From Styela clava (taxonomy: Eukaryota): DNA of 64,000 bases. The stretch covers positions 7,564,001-7,628,000 of the forward strand of contig NC_135260.1 of NCBI RefSeq assembly GCF_964204865.1. The letters are read 5' to 3'. This document shows, in pieces, positions 63,068 to 64,000 of the stretch (positions within the stretch are counted from its first letter, which is position 1; each line of letters starts with the position of its first letter). A program made the translations under genes and the position numbers. The notes below the pieces were generated by a model. It had not been told where the DNA came from. It saw only the letters and a program-made list of their open reading frames with translations, and did not search any database.

Positions 63068-63517
63068 ATGACTAGTGCTCCACAGCAGATAAATTTGGCA
63101 GCATTGCCAACACACGAACTAAAACATCTTGTTGAGCAAATGCAGCAAGAAGTTGACATATTAAGTAACAGTCTTCAATCACTGAAATCTGCACAATCCC
63201 AGTTTGCAGAATCTAAATCATGTTTGGAGCTTTTGCAGAAATCTGAAAAAGGTAAAGAAATTTTGGTGCCGATGTCCGGTTGTCTCTATGTCCCAGGAAA
63301 TCTCAATGAAACAGAAAATGTCATGGTTGATATTGGAACAGGATATTATGTTGAAAAGAAAACAAAAGATGCTGAAGAATATTTTAATAGAAAAGTTGAT
63401 TACTTGAAGCGACAAATGGAGTCTTTGCAAACTATTTTGCAGCAAAAATTTCAAAATAAGCAAATGGTTACAGAAGTTCTTCAAACAAAACTCATACAAC
63501 AATCGCAGCAAAAATAA
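63068..63517 (+). CDS. PFDN5: Prefoldin subunit 5, intronless CDS, 149 aa
   Basis: Coiled coil, then EILVPMSGCLYVPG..VMVDIGTGYYVEK..A.EYFNRK, then coiled coil: the alpha-prefoldin 5 signature. Confidence 0.95.
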   Translation: MTSAPQQINLAALPTHELKHLVEQMQQEVDILSNSLQSLKSAQSQFAESKSCLELLQKSEKGKEILVPMSGCLYVPGNLNETENVMVDIGTGYYVEKKTKDAEEYFNRKVDYLKRQMESLQTILQQKFQNKQMVTEVLQTKLIQQSQQK

Positions 63518-64000
63518 AAATATTGTTTCAAATGTAGTAGTTTGTGGTGCACATCATGGACTGCAATATTAGTAGCCATCACAGTGTCATGGGTTTGCTT
63601 CTAGATCATTGACCATATCACATGTCTTTTCACATTTATCATTTTGTTTTCATATGTAAACAGGGAGCAAAACAGCAACAACTTTTTTTTTCTGGCAGTA
63701 TATTGAGGATATTACTTTTTGCCTATGATGTCATAGAATGTCATGTTATTCCAGTGGACAAAAATCTCATTCTGCCCATTGATTTGAGTTTTGTCAGATG
63801 AATGATATCTGCTATTCACAATAATAAAAATAGTTTAAAATGTAAAATATTCAGATATTGTCGACGAATCTTTTAGCTATGTGAAGTAAATTGCTACTGA
63901 AAATATGTTGCTAATGCTAATTTTGAACTTTTTCCACACAATTTCGCTTTCAACACGGAAATATTTCCATTGCTGAAATTTAAATGATAAAAAACGCTTC

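Overview
AT-rich eukaryotic (animal) genomic DNA with GT-AG introns. The transposon mix is compatible with a marine invertebrate such as an ascidian, but the sequence alone does not prove this. Host genes, left to right: the 3' exons of an SLC6 neurotransmitter/amino-acid transporter (+), two 4-exon fatty-acid-binding-protein genes (-), a 7-exon GT31 beta-1,3-galactosyltransferase-like gene (-), an orphan 173-aa ORF resembling an IL-1-like beta-trefoil (-), two convergent intronless FLVCR/SLC49-like MFS transporters, and intronless prefoldin 5 (+). The first MFS gene is flanked by inverted truncated self-copies. A near-identical 10,080-bp tandem duplication (6749-16828 / 16833-26912, 4-bp filler) copies one FABP, a piggyBac transposase interrupted by a hAT MITE, and the last two galactosyltransferase exons. 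Other mobile DNA: an intact Sola2 transposon, an internally deleted Academ element, a Gypsy remnant, a LINE fragment, an EnSpm-like element with a 56-bp satellite, and many hAT, Tc1 and other MITEs. The best candidates for novelty are the IL-1-like beta-trefoil ORF, the MITE that could be spliced in frame out of the piggyBac transposase, the antisense/hairpin architecture around the MFS gene, and a frame-compatible FABP-galactosyltransferase chimera at the duplication junction. All family assignments are by motif recognition; no searches were run.
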